This document shows, in pieces, positions 21,013 through 30,997 of a stretch of 64,000 bases of DNA (position 1 is its first letter; each line of letters begins with the position of its first letter). The stretch lies in contig SLOE01000047.1 in NCBI GenBank assembly GCA_007132715.1, positions 24,741 through 88,740 of the forward strand, given 5' to 3'. The translations under genes were made by a program, and so were the position numbers. Origin of the DNA: Bacteroidales bacterium (GTDB lineage Bacteria > Bacteroidota > Bacteroidia > Bacteroidales > PUMT01). Under the pieces are notes generated by a model that saw only the letters and a program-made list of their open reading frames with translations, ran no database searches and was not told the DNA's origin.

Positions 21013-22368
21013 TCAATAAGATTCACGAAAAATAATACTTGTCCCCATTTCACACTCCAGGCAACGCCTGTATGTACAAAACTCATTCTTAAGTTGCAGA
21101 AGAGCCTGTGATTGCCAGGCATTTTCGGGACTTATACCTGCCCCGGTCCATACGGCAACTATGGCATTGAATTCAGGCGGCAGCATTTTCAGAAATCCGA
21201 CGGCTCTCCGGTAATATTTCTCTTCATGCCTGTATTTACCATAAAAGGCAAGTACCGGGACTACAGCATTTATAATAAGAGACCTTACGGCAAAAGCACC
21301 AAGATTTTTGGGTTTAAATTTTGACGGCCTGTTGAACAGGAACCTTGTATCCCAGTAGCAGGATGCTTTGATGCTTAACAGGTCTGTCAGAGATCTTATA
21401 TCCCGGCATTCAATGACCGAGGAAAAAACAGAGGCTTTCCTGCTGATGAATGCGGCAAACTGAGCAAGCCTTACAGTAGGGAAATTGGCAGGGCGGAGCC
21501 GCAAAAACTTCCACAGATGTTTCCCAACCGGCTCAAGGCTGTATTTTCGTTTTAAAAAGGAATACTCCTTTTTAAGTATCATGTAATAGTCATCAACTGA
21601 CACATTTACACCAAAGGCACAGCCCTCGTCAATACCCCCGGGGGACCCTGCCACTGGATACTCTCTGAACCTCACCCCGTTTTCATCGCTTAGAAACCCG
21701 GCCTGACCGAAAATCAGTGCCTCCAGCTGCACAAGGTTGTCACTGTGTTTAAGCAGGTACTTGTAGGGAAGCGATCTGGCAACCATCTCAAAGGCAACGC
21801 TGTTGAGACGGAACCCGAAATTCCGCGCAAGCTGCTGGTAAAATGTCTCCTCCCAGCATTTGTTGTTCATATACCACAATCCCCTTACCTGGCTTGCCTT
21901 CTCATCAAGGCGTATTTCTGCAGCCCTGTCAAGACATGTTGCCCGGATACCGGGCCTGACCCTTTTCAGATATGGCTGGCAGGCAACCCTGCAACTGCTG
22001 GCCAGAAGGTGGTTGTATGTCTCTCTCAGTGTATCGTCAAACTTTAGTACCGCTGTGGGAATATCCTCTCCGTTTGTACGCTTCACTTCTGTATCAGGAT
22101 TGATAACAAGCTGAAGGATAACAGTATCATACATTTTATTGTTGTGATGGCCGTGCCTGATCCAGTCGGAGCTGTTTACGTGTATCTCAATATTACCTGC
22201 AAGCAATATGCCACCTATCCTTATCAGGGCATTGAAAAAGTCCGGTCCGGCATTATTGTTGCGCTCGCCGCTGCTGAGCACCTCAATGCTCTCTGCCTGC
22301 CGGCCAACAGTAAACAAGGGATGGTACAATCCCTTCTTCCAGATATAATGAAGAAAATCCTCAGTCAT
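21013..22368 (-). CDS. DUF2851 family protein
   Basis: 451 aa. The N-terminus MTEDFLHYIWKKGLY and the GNIEIHVNSSDWIRHGHH block are characteristic of DUF2851. Confidence 0.8.
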   Translation of the reverse strand: MTEDFLHYIWKKGLYHPLFTVGRQAESIEVLSSGERNNNAGPDFFNALIRIGGILLAGNIEIHVNSSDWIRHGHHNNKMYDTVILQLVINPDTEVKRTNGEDIPTAVLKFDDTLRETYNHLLASSCRVACQPYLKRVRPGIRATCLDRAAEIRLDEKASQVRGLWYMNNKCWEETFYQQLARNFGFRLNSVAFEMVARSLPYKYLLKHSDNLVQLEALIFGQAGFLSDENGVRFREYPVAGSPGGIDEGCAFGVNVSVDDYYMILKKEYSFLKRKYSLEPVGKHLWKFLRLRPANFPTVRLAQFAAFISRKASVFSSVIECRDIRSLTDLLSIKASCYWDTRFLFNRPSKFKPKNLGAFAVRSLIINAVVPVLAFYGKYRHEEKYYRRAVGFLKMLPPEFNAIVAVWTGAGISPENAWQSQALLQLKNEFCTYRRCLECEMGTSIIFRESY

Positions 22369-22443
22369 TACTTAACTGTATGAAGGTATACAATTAAAGT
22401 TAAGAAATAACTGAACAAATAGCAAGTGTGCCCTGAATGCCAA

Positions 22444-23280
22444 TCAGGTGATCAGGCCCTTTTCCCTGAGGAGGACCGCCATCTCATTTTTCAGCATAGA
22501 AGCTTTCAGCCTGGCGGCAAGATCAAATTCATCGCTTTCATCTGCGTGGATCACGGCCCTTGACGAGTTTACCAGGAGTCCGCACTGGTCATTAAGACCG
22601 TTTTCGGCAACAGCGGCAAGGCTCCCACCCTGGATACCGACCCCCGGTACAAGCAGAAAATGACCCGGAACTATTTCGCGGGCCCGTCTCAGCATTCCGG
22701 GTTGTGTTGCACCCACCACAAACATCATGTTATCGGGAGTTCCCCAGCCTGAAGCAATGCTTATTACCTTCTCAAACAGATGCATACCGGTTTCCTGATC
22801 CTTCATGAACTGGAAATCGGCAGCTCCCGAATTGGAAGTAACGGCAAGCAATACCGTCCACTTATCCTTTATGTCCAGAAAAGGACGAACCGAGTCTTCA
22901 CCCATATAAGGAGAAACGGTTACCGCGTCAAAACCGTAGGTTTCGAACCAGGCTCTTGCATACCTTTTGGAACTGTTTCCGATATCACCCCTCTTGGCAT
23001 CAGCTATCAGGAGGATCCCGGGATCCTTCTTCCTGATATATTCAACAGTCTTTTCGAGACTCCATAATCCGCCTGAACCGGTTGACTCGTAGAAGGCAAT
23101 ATTTGGTTTATAGGCAACTGCAAGCTGATGCGTTGCATCTACAATCCTTTTGTTAAACTCATAAACCGGGTCGTCTGTTTCGAGTATCGATTCGGGGAAT
23201 TTTGATATGTCAGGGTCGAGCCCGATACAAAGGAAACTCTGTTTTTCACGTATTTTCTGAAAAAGATCATCGGCTGTCAT
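22444..23280 (-). CDS. pyrF: Orotidine-5'-phosphate decarboxylase (long type 2)
   Basis: 278 aa with FLCIGLDPD, IADAKRGDIGNS and VTVSPYMG. Confidence 0.9.
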   Translation of the reverse strand: MTADDLFQKIREKQSFLCIGLDPDISKFPESILETDDPVYEFNKRIVDATHQLAVAYKPNIAFYESTGSGGLWSLEKTVEYIRKKDPGILLIADAKRGDIGNSSKRYARAWFETYGFDAVTVSPYMGEDSVRPFLDIKDKWTVLLAVTSNSGAADFQFMKDQETGMHLFEKVISIASGWGTPDNMMFVVGATQPGMLRRAREIVPGHFLLVPGVGIQGGSLAAVAENGLNDQCGLLVNSSRAVIHADESDEFDLAARLKASMLKNEMAVLLREKGLIT

Positions 23281-23320
23281 CAGTTTTGGGATTGAGTTTT
23301 ACAACAACCCGAACGGGCAA

Positions 23321-24406
23321 TCAAATTGCACTGGCCTTAAGCCTCTCGGCATTTTCGGCCATCTGCAGTTTGTCGGTTATTTCATCCAGGTCGCCATCGA
23401 GTATGGCGGCCAGGTTATACAATGTCAGGTTTATCCGGTGATCGGTTACCCGTCCCTGCTGGTAATTGTAGGTCCTGATCTTGGCTGACCTGTCACCTGT
23501 CGACACCATGGTCTTTCTTTTTGAGGCTATATCATCAATATACTTCTGGTATTCGAGGTTATAAAGCCTCGTCCGCAATTCCGCCATCGCCTTGTCGAGA
23601 TTCTTCAGCTGGGACTTCTGATCCTGGCAGGTGACAACAATTCCACTCGGTATATGGGTCAGCCTGATTGCCGAATATGTGGTATTGACCGACTGCCCTC
23701 CCGGGCCCGATGAACAATAAGTGTCCTTCCTTATGTCATCGGGCCTGAGGTCAATATCAAACTCCTCTGCCTCTGGCAATACTGCGACCGTGGCAGCAGA
23801 TGTGTGCACCCTGCCCTGTGTTTCTGTCTGCGGCACCCTCTGTACCCGGTGCACCCCCGATTCGTACTTCAGTACACCGTAAACACCCTGACCGTTCACA
23901 TTAAAAACTACCTCCTTATAACCTCCTGCTGTTCCCTCGCTGTAGTGTGTGACCTCTATCTTCCACTTTTTCGCTTCACAGAATTTATTATACATCCTGA
24001 ACAGATCGCCGGCAAAAATACTGGCCTCGTCACCTCCTGTCCCCGCCCTTATCTCGACGATCGCATTTTTCTCATCTTCAGGGTCTGCAGGCAGAAGTAA
24101 AAACCGTATTTTCTCCTCCATCGGTTCCAAACGTTCCTGCAGTTCCTCCAGCTCCATCCGTGCCATCTCTTTCAGTTCAATATCTTTCTCGGTTGCCAGT
24201 ATCTCCTTTGCAGAGTCTATGTTACTCAGGATATTGCTGTACTCCCTGTAAGCTTTTACAACCGGCTCAAGGTCACGGTATTCCTTATTAAGCTTTATGT
24301 AACGCTGCATATCGTTTGCAACGGCAGGATCAGTAAGCATCTGTTCCACCTCCTCAAACCTCAGCCTAACTCCCTCGAGTTTTTCAAGTATATTATTGCC
24401 TGCCAT
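23321..24406 (-). CDS. prfA: Peptide chain release factor 1
   Basis: RVQRVPQTETQGRVHTS (PxT region) and SGPGGQSVNTT (GGQ). The start is set at ATG 24406 because the TTG at 24430 lies inside the -7 box. Confidence 0.95.
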   Translation of the reverse strand: MAGNNILEKLEGVRLRFEEVEQMLTDPAVANDMQRYIKLNKEYRDLEPVVKAYREYSNILSNIDSAKEILATEKDIELKEMARMELEELQERLEPMEEKIRFLLLPADPEDEKNAIVEIRAGTGGDEASIFAGDLFRMYNKFCEAKKWKIEVTHYSEGTAGGYKEVVFNVNGQGVYGVLKYESGVHRVQRVPQTETQGRVHTSAATVAVLPEAEEFDIDLRPDDIRKDTYCSSGPGGQSVNTTYSAIRLTHIPSGIVVTCQDQKSQLKNLDKAMAELRTRLYNLEYQKYIDDIASKRKTMVSTGDRSAKIRTYNYQQGRVTDHRINLTLYNLAAILDGDLDEITDKLQMAENAERLKASAI

Positions 24407-24424
24407 AACTGAAATTGTGATTTC

Positions 24425-24435
24425 CTGCAAAATTA
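24425..24435 (-). promoter_or_regulatory. -7 box TAATTTTGcag for prfA
   Basis: Minus-strand TAnnTTTGCAG 21 nt upstream of ATG 24406. Confidence 0.5.
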
Positions 24436-24584
24436 GTAAATAATCACAGGCTTTGTATACATTTCAGTACAGATTGTCATAAACCTGCATATAAGATTTG
24501 ACCACCAATGTTAGTGAGGTTAAATGCTTTTGTACCTCAGATATTATTTATTAGTTTTAGGGCTTCCCAAAAAGATCACATAAA

Positions 24585-27500
24585 ATGTGCAAAGAGAAAC
24601 CAATAACGTTATTACTCCTGTTCTACCTGATCATTATGCCGGTTTGCGGACAAACCGGTCCTTCGCATCCCGGACAGGACACACTTCTGATATTTTCAGG
24701 TTCAGGCGGGAACCAGATACTGATACATCATCTTGATACCACCACCTTTGAAATAGCAGTAAATTCAGAAGATCCCGAAATTCTAACCGTAAAAGATGTG
24801 ATATATGTTACGGGGCAGACCTTTGCCATTGTCATGGTTGAAGAAAAGGGGGAAGTGGGACGGGTGAGCCTTGAAATCAATATAGACGGCAGTATATGGT
24901 ACCTGGAAGTTCATATTGTCAACTATCCGGCACGGGGAGTCAATTATGAGATACACGACATTGTCTTCTGGCAGACGGCAGTCCCCCTGGGGGAGGTTCC
25001 GATATTTGATACAATACTGGAATATGCAAGGAACCCCCATTTTGATCTGAACTGGGAAGAGATCCCTATAACGGTTAACATGGACTGTACTGCTCCCGTT
25101 TGCTGGGGTTATGATTTCTATACAGGTTTTTACACAGGATATCTTATAGCACCGGAAACAGGCACGTACAATTTCTATATGCAGTCGGCAGACAATACAG
25201 CCCTGTGGCTAAGCGACGGAACTGACATGAATAATGCCGGTGTAATTATTGACAGGGGCGAAAGCATTGGAACCAGTGCGGGTCAGAACAGGATCAGGTC
25301 AGAACCCATTGAACTGGTAAAGGGTAGTATATATGCATTCTATGCAACACAATGGATAATCCACAACCCCGCGGGGGGCATACTGCTTGAGGGCCCCCAT
25401 AATGACCAGCCGGAATATCTTGGAGGGGGCCTGGTCATGCCGCTGTATGATGTTGAGAAACCGACACCCCCTGAAAATCTTGAACTTGCATGGCGTGCAA
25501 CAGAAAAGGCTTCTTTAAGCTGGGAGGCTTCAACAGATAACTACCGGGTTGCCGGTTACAACCTTTACCTGAACGGACTTGCAATTAATGACGGGTTGAT
25601 TCAGGGGACTTCCTTTGTGGCTGACAACCTGATCGAAAACACTATATACTATGCGCTTGTAACTGCTGTTGATGATGCGGGCAACGAATCTTTTGTCAGC
25701 AATACGCTTAAATTCAAGACACATCCCGAAGATACCATCCCTCCTTCCCCGCCCGCCGGCATTGAGCTGCTTCAGGCTACAGGCCTTGCAATGCATGTAC
25801 AATGGACTGGTGGTGAGGACGGGGAGACAGAGGTGATCGCCTACAATCTCTATGTTGACAACAACCTTTATAATGCAGCAGGCTATATTTATGACACCAG
25901 CATTATTATTAAGGGCCTCAGACCTGTCACCTCCTATGAGATCACTGTGGAATCGGTAGATGCCGGTTTTAATGTATCTCAACCGGGTGATGTGTTTGTC
26001 TTTTCTACGACTGAGTACGACCCGCTCGACCCCGACAAACTGGGGATTAACAGCGGCAGGGTTGTCATCCATAATCAGAACATCTCGCGAAATGAGGGTT
26101 TTGGCATCAATGGCCCCTATGAAAACAGCGAAATGGTTGACAAGGCAGAGATAAGAGAACTCCTGAGGGAATTGCAGCCTGGTGCGATCCGGTGGGGGGC
26201 CATTACTGCCAACAGTAAATCTTTTGCTGCTCATACCGGCACAGGCCATAACAATAACACCTACGGGCGGGTGATGAATTTTGCCAATGAACTTGGTGCC
26301 TGGTTTGCCCTTACTGTTGGAGTGCAGGATGAAGTGGATTACAGGAAAGAAGCCGAAACATTCCTTCGCCTGATGGAGTATCTTGGAGGGCCCGCTGACA
26401 CGCCGGGTGGTGAGAGAAGGGTTGCGGAAGGTTTCACCGAGCCTCTGCTTGACAACAGCAAGGGTGTTATGATTGAGTTTGGAAACGAGGTTTGGGGAGC
26501 ATCGGTCCATGACGCGGAGATAGGATCAGACTATAAGGTTTACCGTGAATGGGCAAGGGAGATGGCAGGGGTTATCCGTTCTTCGCCATATTATGACCCT
26601 GAAAAGATAACCATGGTATACAGCGGGAGAAACCCGGAACCCTGGTACGGGGTAAACCGTTCGGTACTTGAGGGAGACCGCGGGGAGGTGGAATGCCTGG
26701 GCGTATCGGGCTACCTTGGCGGCAATCTGAATTATGATCCTGCAATTCCACGTGGAGACAGCGAGCTCGATTATTATAACAGCGGTATTGCACTTGCCAG
26801 CAGCAAATTATCAGGGATGCAGCAGACCATGGACAATATGATGCGCCTCACCGGCACACTTAAATCTTTCTACCTGTATGAGTCAAATATGACCAGAACC
26901 AATTATAACGGCCGGTTCGGACAGGCGATCGTGATGACCGATTATCTTGCTGCCGGCATGGAATACGGCTCAATTGTACCCAGCCTCTTCCACCTGACGG
27001 GCGGACAGTGGCGCATTACAAGGCCAACTGAGAATTACCGCCCACTTCCGCTGTTCATAACCGGAAAATATTTCAACAGGTTCTGCAAGGGGCATAACAT
27101 GAAATCCGAATTCCTCACGGCAAACAGGTTAACCCACAGAGACGGAAGATCAATTAACCGGGAACCGGTTGGAACCTATGCCTACAACCGCGGCGAAAAT
27201 TTTTCCATTTTGCTTATCAACAGGGATTTCACTGAAGATTATACGGTCCAGATCAGTCTGCCCGAAGAGATTACATTCTCTTCAGATGCCATGATGTATA
27301 CAATCTGGGAAGATGATTTCAGTTCCTTTGATTTTAATATTGATTCGGTCAGTATAGCTTTGACTGACGGCATGTTTGTTGAAATTCCACGTCATGCAAT
27401 GATAATCATTGCTGCTACAGGAGACGATCCAGGCTATGAAGAACTGCCGCTCGGATACTATAACCGGATAAGGCCCGACAGCATATATGTCCGCACTGAT

Positions 27501-28025
27501 GGTGACGGACATATATCGGCTGACCAAAAGATCTTAAATATTTATGCCACGGTATTCCCTGAAAACGCCCGATTCAGGAAGGCGAACTTTGAAGTGCTTG
27601 AGAATACAACAGAGACCTCGAAAACAGATTTCACAACAAACCGGGTGATGTTCAGCGGATCCGGCAACCCGGAGGATGAAGGCCATATAATGCTGCGTGT
27701 ATATGCGGCTGACAACCCTGATATTTCTGACACACTGGTGATCAATGTCAGCAACCAGGAACCTGTAAATGTTGAGGAAGCAACACCTGGAGTAAATAAT
27801 CAATTCTTCTACCCAAATCCGGCTGGAGAGATACTTTACCTTCAGGAAGGCGTTGAAGCAGGATCAATGGTCGGAATATTCGACACCGCCGGCCGCCCTG
27901 TAATGCAACAGAACCTGGCTGACAGGCATCTTCTGCAGGTAGGTCACCTGAAACCGGGCAATTATATTATCAGGATAAAGTGCCCTGACGGTAAAGTTTA
28001 CAGGGGTATATTCACCAGGAAATAA
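24585..28025 (+). CDS. T9SS-secreted multidomain protein: PA14-like, FN3 repeats, clan GH-A-like TIM-barrel region, Ig-like domain and Por/T9SS C-terminal sorting domain
   Basis: 1146 aa with a signal peptide. The PA14-like block is GYLIAPETGTYNFYMQSADNTALWLSDG. There are at least two FN3-like units (PPENLELAWRATEKASLSW..., PPSPPAGIELLQATGLAMHVQW...). It has a GNEVWG strand-end motif and the C-terminus FFYPNPAGEILYLQ...GNYIIRIK. Confidence 0.8.
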   Translation: MCKEKPITLLLLFYLIIMPVCGQTGPSHPGQDTLLIFSGSGGNQILIHHLDTTTFEIAVNSEDPEILTVKDVIYVTGQTFAIVMVEEKGEVGRVSLEINIDGSIWYLEVHIVNYPARGVNYEIHDIVFWQTAVPLGEVPIFDTILEYARNPHFDLNWEEIPITVNMDCTAPVCWGYDFYTGFYTGYLIAPETGTYNFYMQSADNTALWLSDGTDMNNAGVIIDRGESIGTSAGQNRIRSEPIELVKGSIYAFYATQWIIHNPAGGILLEGPHNDQPEYLGGGLVMPLYDVEKPTPPENLELAWRATEKASLSWEASTDNYRVAGYNLYLNGLAINDGLIQGTSFVADNLIENTIYYALVTAVDDAGNESFVSNTLKFKTHPEDTIPPSPPAGIELLQATGLAMHVQWTGGEDGETEVIAYNLYVDNNLYNAAGYIYDTSIIIKGLRPVTSYEITVESVDAGFNVSQPGDVFVFSTTEYDPLDPDKLGINSGRVVIHNQNISRNEGFGINGPYENSEMVDKAEIRELLRELQPGAIRWGAITANSKSFAAHTGTGHNNNTYGRVMNFANELGAWFALTVGVQDEVDYRKEAETFLRLMEYLGGPADTPGGERRVAEGFTEPLLDNSKGVMIEFGNEVWGASVHDAEIGSDYKVYREWAREMAGVIRSSPYYDPEKITMVYSGRNPEPWYGVNRSVLEGDRGEVECLGVSGYLGGNLNYDPAIPRGDSELDYYNSGIALASSKLSGMQQTMDNMMRLTGTLKSFYLYESNMTRTNYNGRFGQAIVMTDYLAAGMEYGSIVPSLFHLTGGQWRITRPTENYRPLPLFITGKYFNRFCKGHNMKSEFLTANRLTHRDGRSINREPVGTYAYNRGENFSILLINRDFTEDYTVQISLPEEITFSSDAMMYTIWEDDFSSFDFNIDSVSIALTDGMFVEIPRHAMIIIAATGDDPGYEELPLGYYNRIRPDSIYVRTDGDGHISADQKILNIYATVFPENARFRKANFEVLENTTETSKTDFTTNRVMFSGSGNPEDEGHIMLRVYAADNPDISDTLVINVSNQEPVNVEEATPGVNNQFFYPNPAGEILYLQEGVEAGSMVGIFDTAGRPVMQQNLADRHLLQVGHLKPGNYIIRIKCPDGKVYRGIFTRK

Positions 28026-28037
28026 AGAGGGGTTCTG

Positions 28038-29210
28038 TCATTCGTATACAAATTCGCCGGCAAATGATCTTATGGAGAGTTTCCTGCCGGATGATTCTTC
28101 ACAATGCCCCACTATCTTCGCATCAACTCCCAGGCTTTGGGAAATAGCAATTATTTCGCCTGCTATCCCGGGTGGTACATAAAGTTCAAAGCGGTGCCCC
28201 ATGTTAAAGACCCTGTACATTTCATCCCACGGGGTACCTGACTGATCCTTGATCAGGCTGAAAAGCGGGGGTATATCAAACATATTATCCTTCACAACGT
28301 GAAGCTTATCAATGAAATTCAGCACCTTGGTCTGTCCGCCCCCGCTGCAGTGAACCATTCCATGTATCTCCCTGCGAAAATTATTGAGTACCCTTGCAAT
28401 GACCGGTGCATATGTGCGGGTGGGCGACAGCACAAGCCTTCCTGCATCCAGCCCGGTTCCCTCCACCAGATCAGTCAGCTTCAGTGAACCGCTGTAAACA
28501 AGATCGGACGGCATGCCCGGATCAAAACTATCAGGGTATTTTTCTGCCAGGTATGACCCGAACAGATCATGGCGGGCAGAGGTAAGACCATTGCTTCCAA
28601 TACCGCCGTTGTATTCCTTCTCGTAGGCAGCCCTGCCAAATGAGGAAAGCCCCACAATAACATCACCTGCCGTAATACGATCATTTGTAATCACCTTATC
28701 CCTTTTCATCCTGCAGGTTACAGTTGAATCTACTATAACGGACCTTACCAGGTCACCCACATCGGCAGTCTCTCCCCCTGTCGAGTATATCCCTATGCCC
28801 AGGTCACGCATTTCATTCAGGAACTCTTCAGTGCCATTGATTATTGCAGAAACAACCTCACCGGGCACAAGATTCCTGTTACGTCCGATGGTTGATGAAA
28901 GAATGATATTGCCTGTTGCGCCCACACACAGAAGGTCGTCCAGGTTCATAACTATCGCATCCTGGGCTATCCCCTTCCATACATTCATATTGCCTGTCTC
29001 CTTCCAGTAAACCCAGGCCAGTGACGACTTGGTACCGGCACCGTCTGCATGCATGATATTGCAGTAATCTGGGTCACCCCCCAGGATATCGGGAATGACC
29101 TTGCAGAACGCATTAGTGAAGAGTCCTTTATCTATTCCGCTGATAGCTTTGTGAACATCTTCTTTCGAGGCAGATACGCCCCTTCTGCCATATCTCGATT
29201 TTTCACCCAT
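28038..29210 (-). CDS. purM: AIR synthase-related protein (long Bacteroidota-type phosphoribosylformylglycinamidine cyclo-ligase-like)
   Basis: 390 aa with MHADGAGTKSSLA, STGGETADVGD and HCSGGGQTK, which are PurM-fold motifs. Its start overlaps the upstream gene's stop (ATGGGTGA). Confidence 0.7.
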   Translation of the reverse strand: MGEKSRYGRRGVSASKEDVHKAISGIDKGLFTNAFCKVIPDILGGDPDYCNIMHADGAGTKSSLAWVYWKETGNMNVWKGIAQDAIVMNLDDLLCVGATGNIILSSTIGRNRNLVPGEVVSAIINGTEEFLNEMRDLGIGIYSTGGETADVGDLVRSVIVDSTVTCRMKRDKVITNDRITAGDVIVGLSSFGRAAYEKEYNGGIGSNGLTSARHDLFGSYLAEKYPDSFDPGMPSDLVYSGSLKLTDLVEGTGLDAGRLVLSPTRTYAPVIARVLNNFRREIHGMVHCSGGGQTKVLNFIDKLHVVKDNMFDIPPLFSLIKDQSGTPWDEMYRVFNMGHRFELYVPPGIAGEIIAISQSLGVDAKIVGHCEESSGRKLSIRSFAGEFVYE

Positions 29211-30777
29211 GCTCCTCTTTTTGGGTTTCGCTAACCCGGTCCGTTGCCTGGCTCTTCCTGTTCCACTGCAACGAATACAGGTCGGTGCGGCGGTCCTTCA
29301 GATTCCTTACCGACCCGTTCACATGCAGCTCCTTCAGCAGGTCCAGGTTGACATCAACAATAAGTGTCATCTCAGTATTCGGGGTTGCCTCACTAACTAT
29401 TGTGTTTGTGGGAAATGCAAAATCAGAGGGGGAGAATACAGCCGATTGCGCATACTGAATATCCATATTGTTAACGCGTGGCAGGTTGCCTACGCTTCCT
29501 GCAATGGCAACGTAGCATTCATTCTCGATTGCCCGGGCCTGGGCACAGTGCCTGACCCGGTTATACCCATTCTGCGTATCAGTCAGGAACGGTACAAAAA
29601 GTATCTCCAGTCCCTGCTCTGCCATAATCCGTCCAAGCTCAGGAAATTCAACATCATAACAGATCAGCACGCCTATCCTTCCGGAATCGGTTTCAAACAC
29701 CTTTATCGAATCTCCACCGGTCAATCCCCAGCTTGTCAGCTCGCTCGGGGTAATATGTATTTTGTACTGCATGTCCCACGAACCGTCCCGGCGGCACAAA
29801 TAGGCTACGTTATACAATTTCTCATCTTCATACACGGGCAGGCTTCCGCATATAATGTTGACATTGTAACTGATGGCAAACTCAACGAATTTGCTCCTTA
29901 TAGGTTCGGAATAGTTTGCCAGAGCCCTTATAGCATCCGATTCGGCCAGATGATTATACTTAGCCATCAGAGGGGCATTAAAGAATTCAGGGAACAAAAT
30001 AAAGTCGCTCTGGTAATCACTTACTGCATCTATGAAGAATTCCATCTGCTCGATAAGTGCATCGACAGAAGCCAGGTGCCTCATCTGCCACTGAACCAGT
30101 CCGAGTCTCACAACAGACTTTTTCCTTCCGATGGCCCTCTCCTTCTCCTCATAGTAGATATTGTTCCACTCAATGAGCGTGGCAAATGTTTTTGATTCAT
30201 TGTCAATAGGGAGATAGTTGCGTAATATCTTCTTGACATGAAAATTGTTTGAGATCTGGAAAGTGAGAATCTGGTCATATATCTCCTTCATCTCCACCTT
30301 CTCAATATACTGCTTAGGTGTAAGTTCTCCTGAATAGTCACTGTAGCCGGGAATCCTTCCTCCGGCAATAATGGCACGCAGGTTAAGGTTTTCGCACAGC
30401 TCCTTGCGTGCATCGTAAAGGCGCCTTCCAAGTCTCATATTCCTGAACCCTGGATGAACGAAGACATCTATTCCATACAAAACATCACCCTCAGGATCAT
30501 GGGTTCCAAACCGGTAATTACCTGTTATCTGCTCATAAGTGTGGGAATCGCCGAACTGACTGTAATCTACAATGATCGACAGAGCGCAGGCCACTACTTT
30601 CCCGTTTACTTCGACACAGATCTGTCCTTCAGGGAACAGGTTCATCAGTTTCTTCAGTTGGGAGTACTTCCATACTGCGCCTCCGATACCCGAATATGCA
30701 ACCTTCATCGCCTCGGCTATATCGTCATAATCCTTGAGGGACAAGTTTCTCAGTATTACAGTGGTGTCTTTGCTCAT
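29203..30777 (-). CDS. Fusion protein: GNAT N-acetyltransferase plus carbon-nitrogen (nitrilase-superfamily) hydrolase
   Basis: 524 aa. The N-terminal GNAT core reads VDVFVHPGFRNMRLGRRLYDA. The C-terminal CN-hydrolase has candidate Glu (ILFPEFF), Lys (YKIHITP) and Cys (GVLICYDVEFPE). Confidence 0.85.
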   Translation of the reverse strand: MSKDTTVILRNLSLKDYDDIAEAMKVAYSGIGGAVWKYSQLKKLMNLFPEGQICVEVNGKVVACALSIIVDYSQFGDSHTYEQITGNYRFGTHDPEGDVLYGIDVFVHPGFRNMRLGRRLYDARKELCENLNLRAIIAGGRIPGYSDYSGELTPKQYIEKVEMKEIYDQILTFQISNNFHVKKILRNYLPIDNESKTFATLIEWNNIYYEEKERAIGRKKSVVRLGLVQWQMRHLASVDALIEQMEFFIDAVSDYQSDFILFPEFFNAPLMAKYNHLAESDAIRALANYSEPIRSKFVEFAISYNVNIICGSLPVYEDEKLYNVAYLCRRDGSWDMQYKIHITPSELTSWGLTGGDSIKVFETDSGRIGVLICYDVEFPELGRIMAEQGLEILFVPFLTDTQNGYNRVRHCAQARAIENECYVAIAGSVGNLPRVNNMDIQYAQSAVFSPSDFAFPTNTIVSEATPNTEMTLIVDVNLDLLKELHVNGSVRNLKDRRTDLYSLQWNRKSQATDRVSETQKEEHG

Positions 30778-30950
30778 AATTCAGCAAATATACAAAAATG
30801 ATCAAATTATATCAGGCCGGCAGCAAAAGCGCGCGGCAGAGGTCCAATCCGGCTAAACTATACTCCTGTCAAATATCCGGGTGAGCCGGATTGCTAAATT
30901 AACATTCATTTATCTCTTTTACTTTGATATTTATTTGAGCATTCAGTTAT

Positions 30951-30980
30951 TTTGCTTTTATTTGCAGGCCTTTATATTTG
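30951..30980 (+). promoter_or_regulatory. Promoter for the speA operon (-33 TTTG, -7 TATATTTG)
   Basis: TTTG at 30951-30954, an 18-nt spacer, then TATATTTG at 30973-30980, 17 nt before ATG 30998. Confidence 0.45.
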
Positions 30981-30997
30981 CCTAAATTTATCGTGCC

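Noticed and set aside
25530-26510. 326-aa minus-strand ORF
   Set aside because: It lies entirely inside the 1146-aa T9SS protein gene, on the opposite strand, and has no recognisable motifs.
29209-30195. 328-aa plus-strand ORF
   Set aside because: It is antisense to the nitrilase-domain half of the GNAT::CN-hydrolase gene, which has an intact catalytic triad and a coupled downstream gene.
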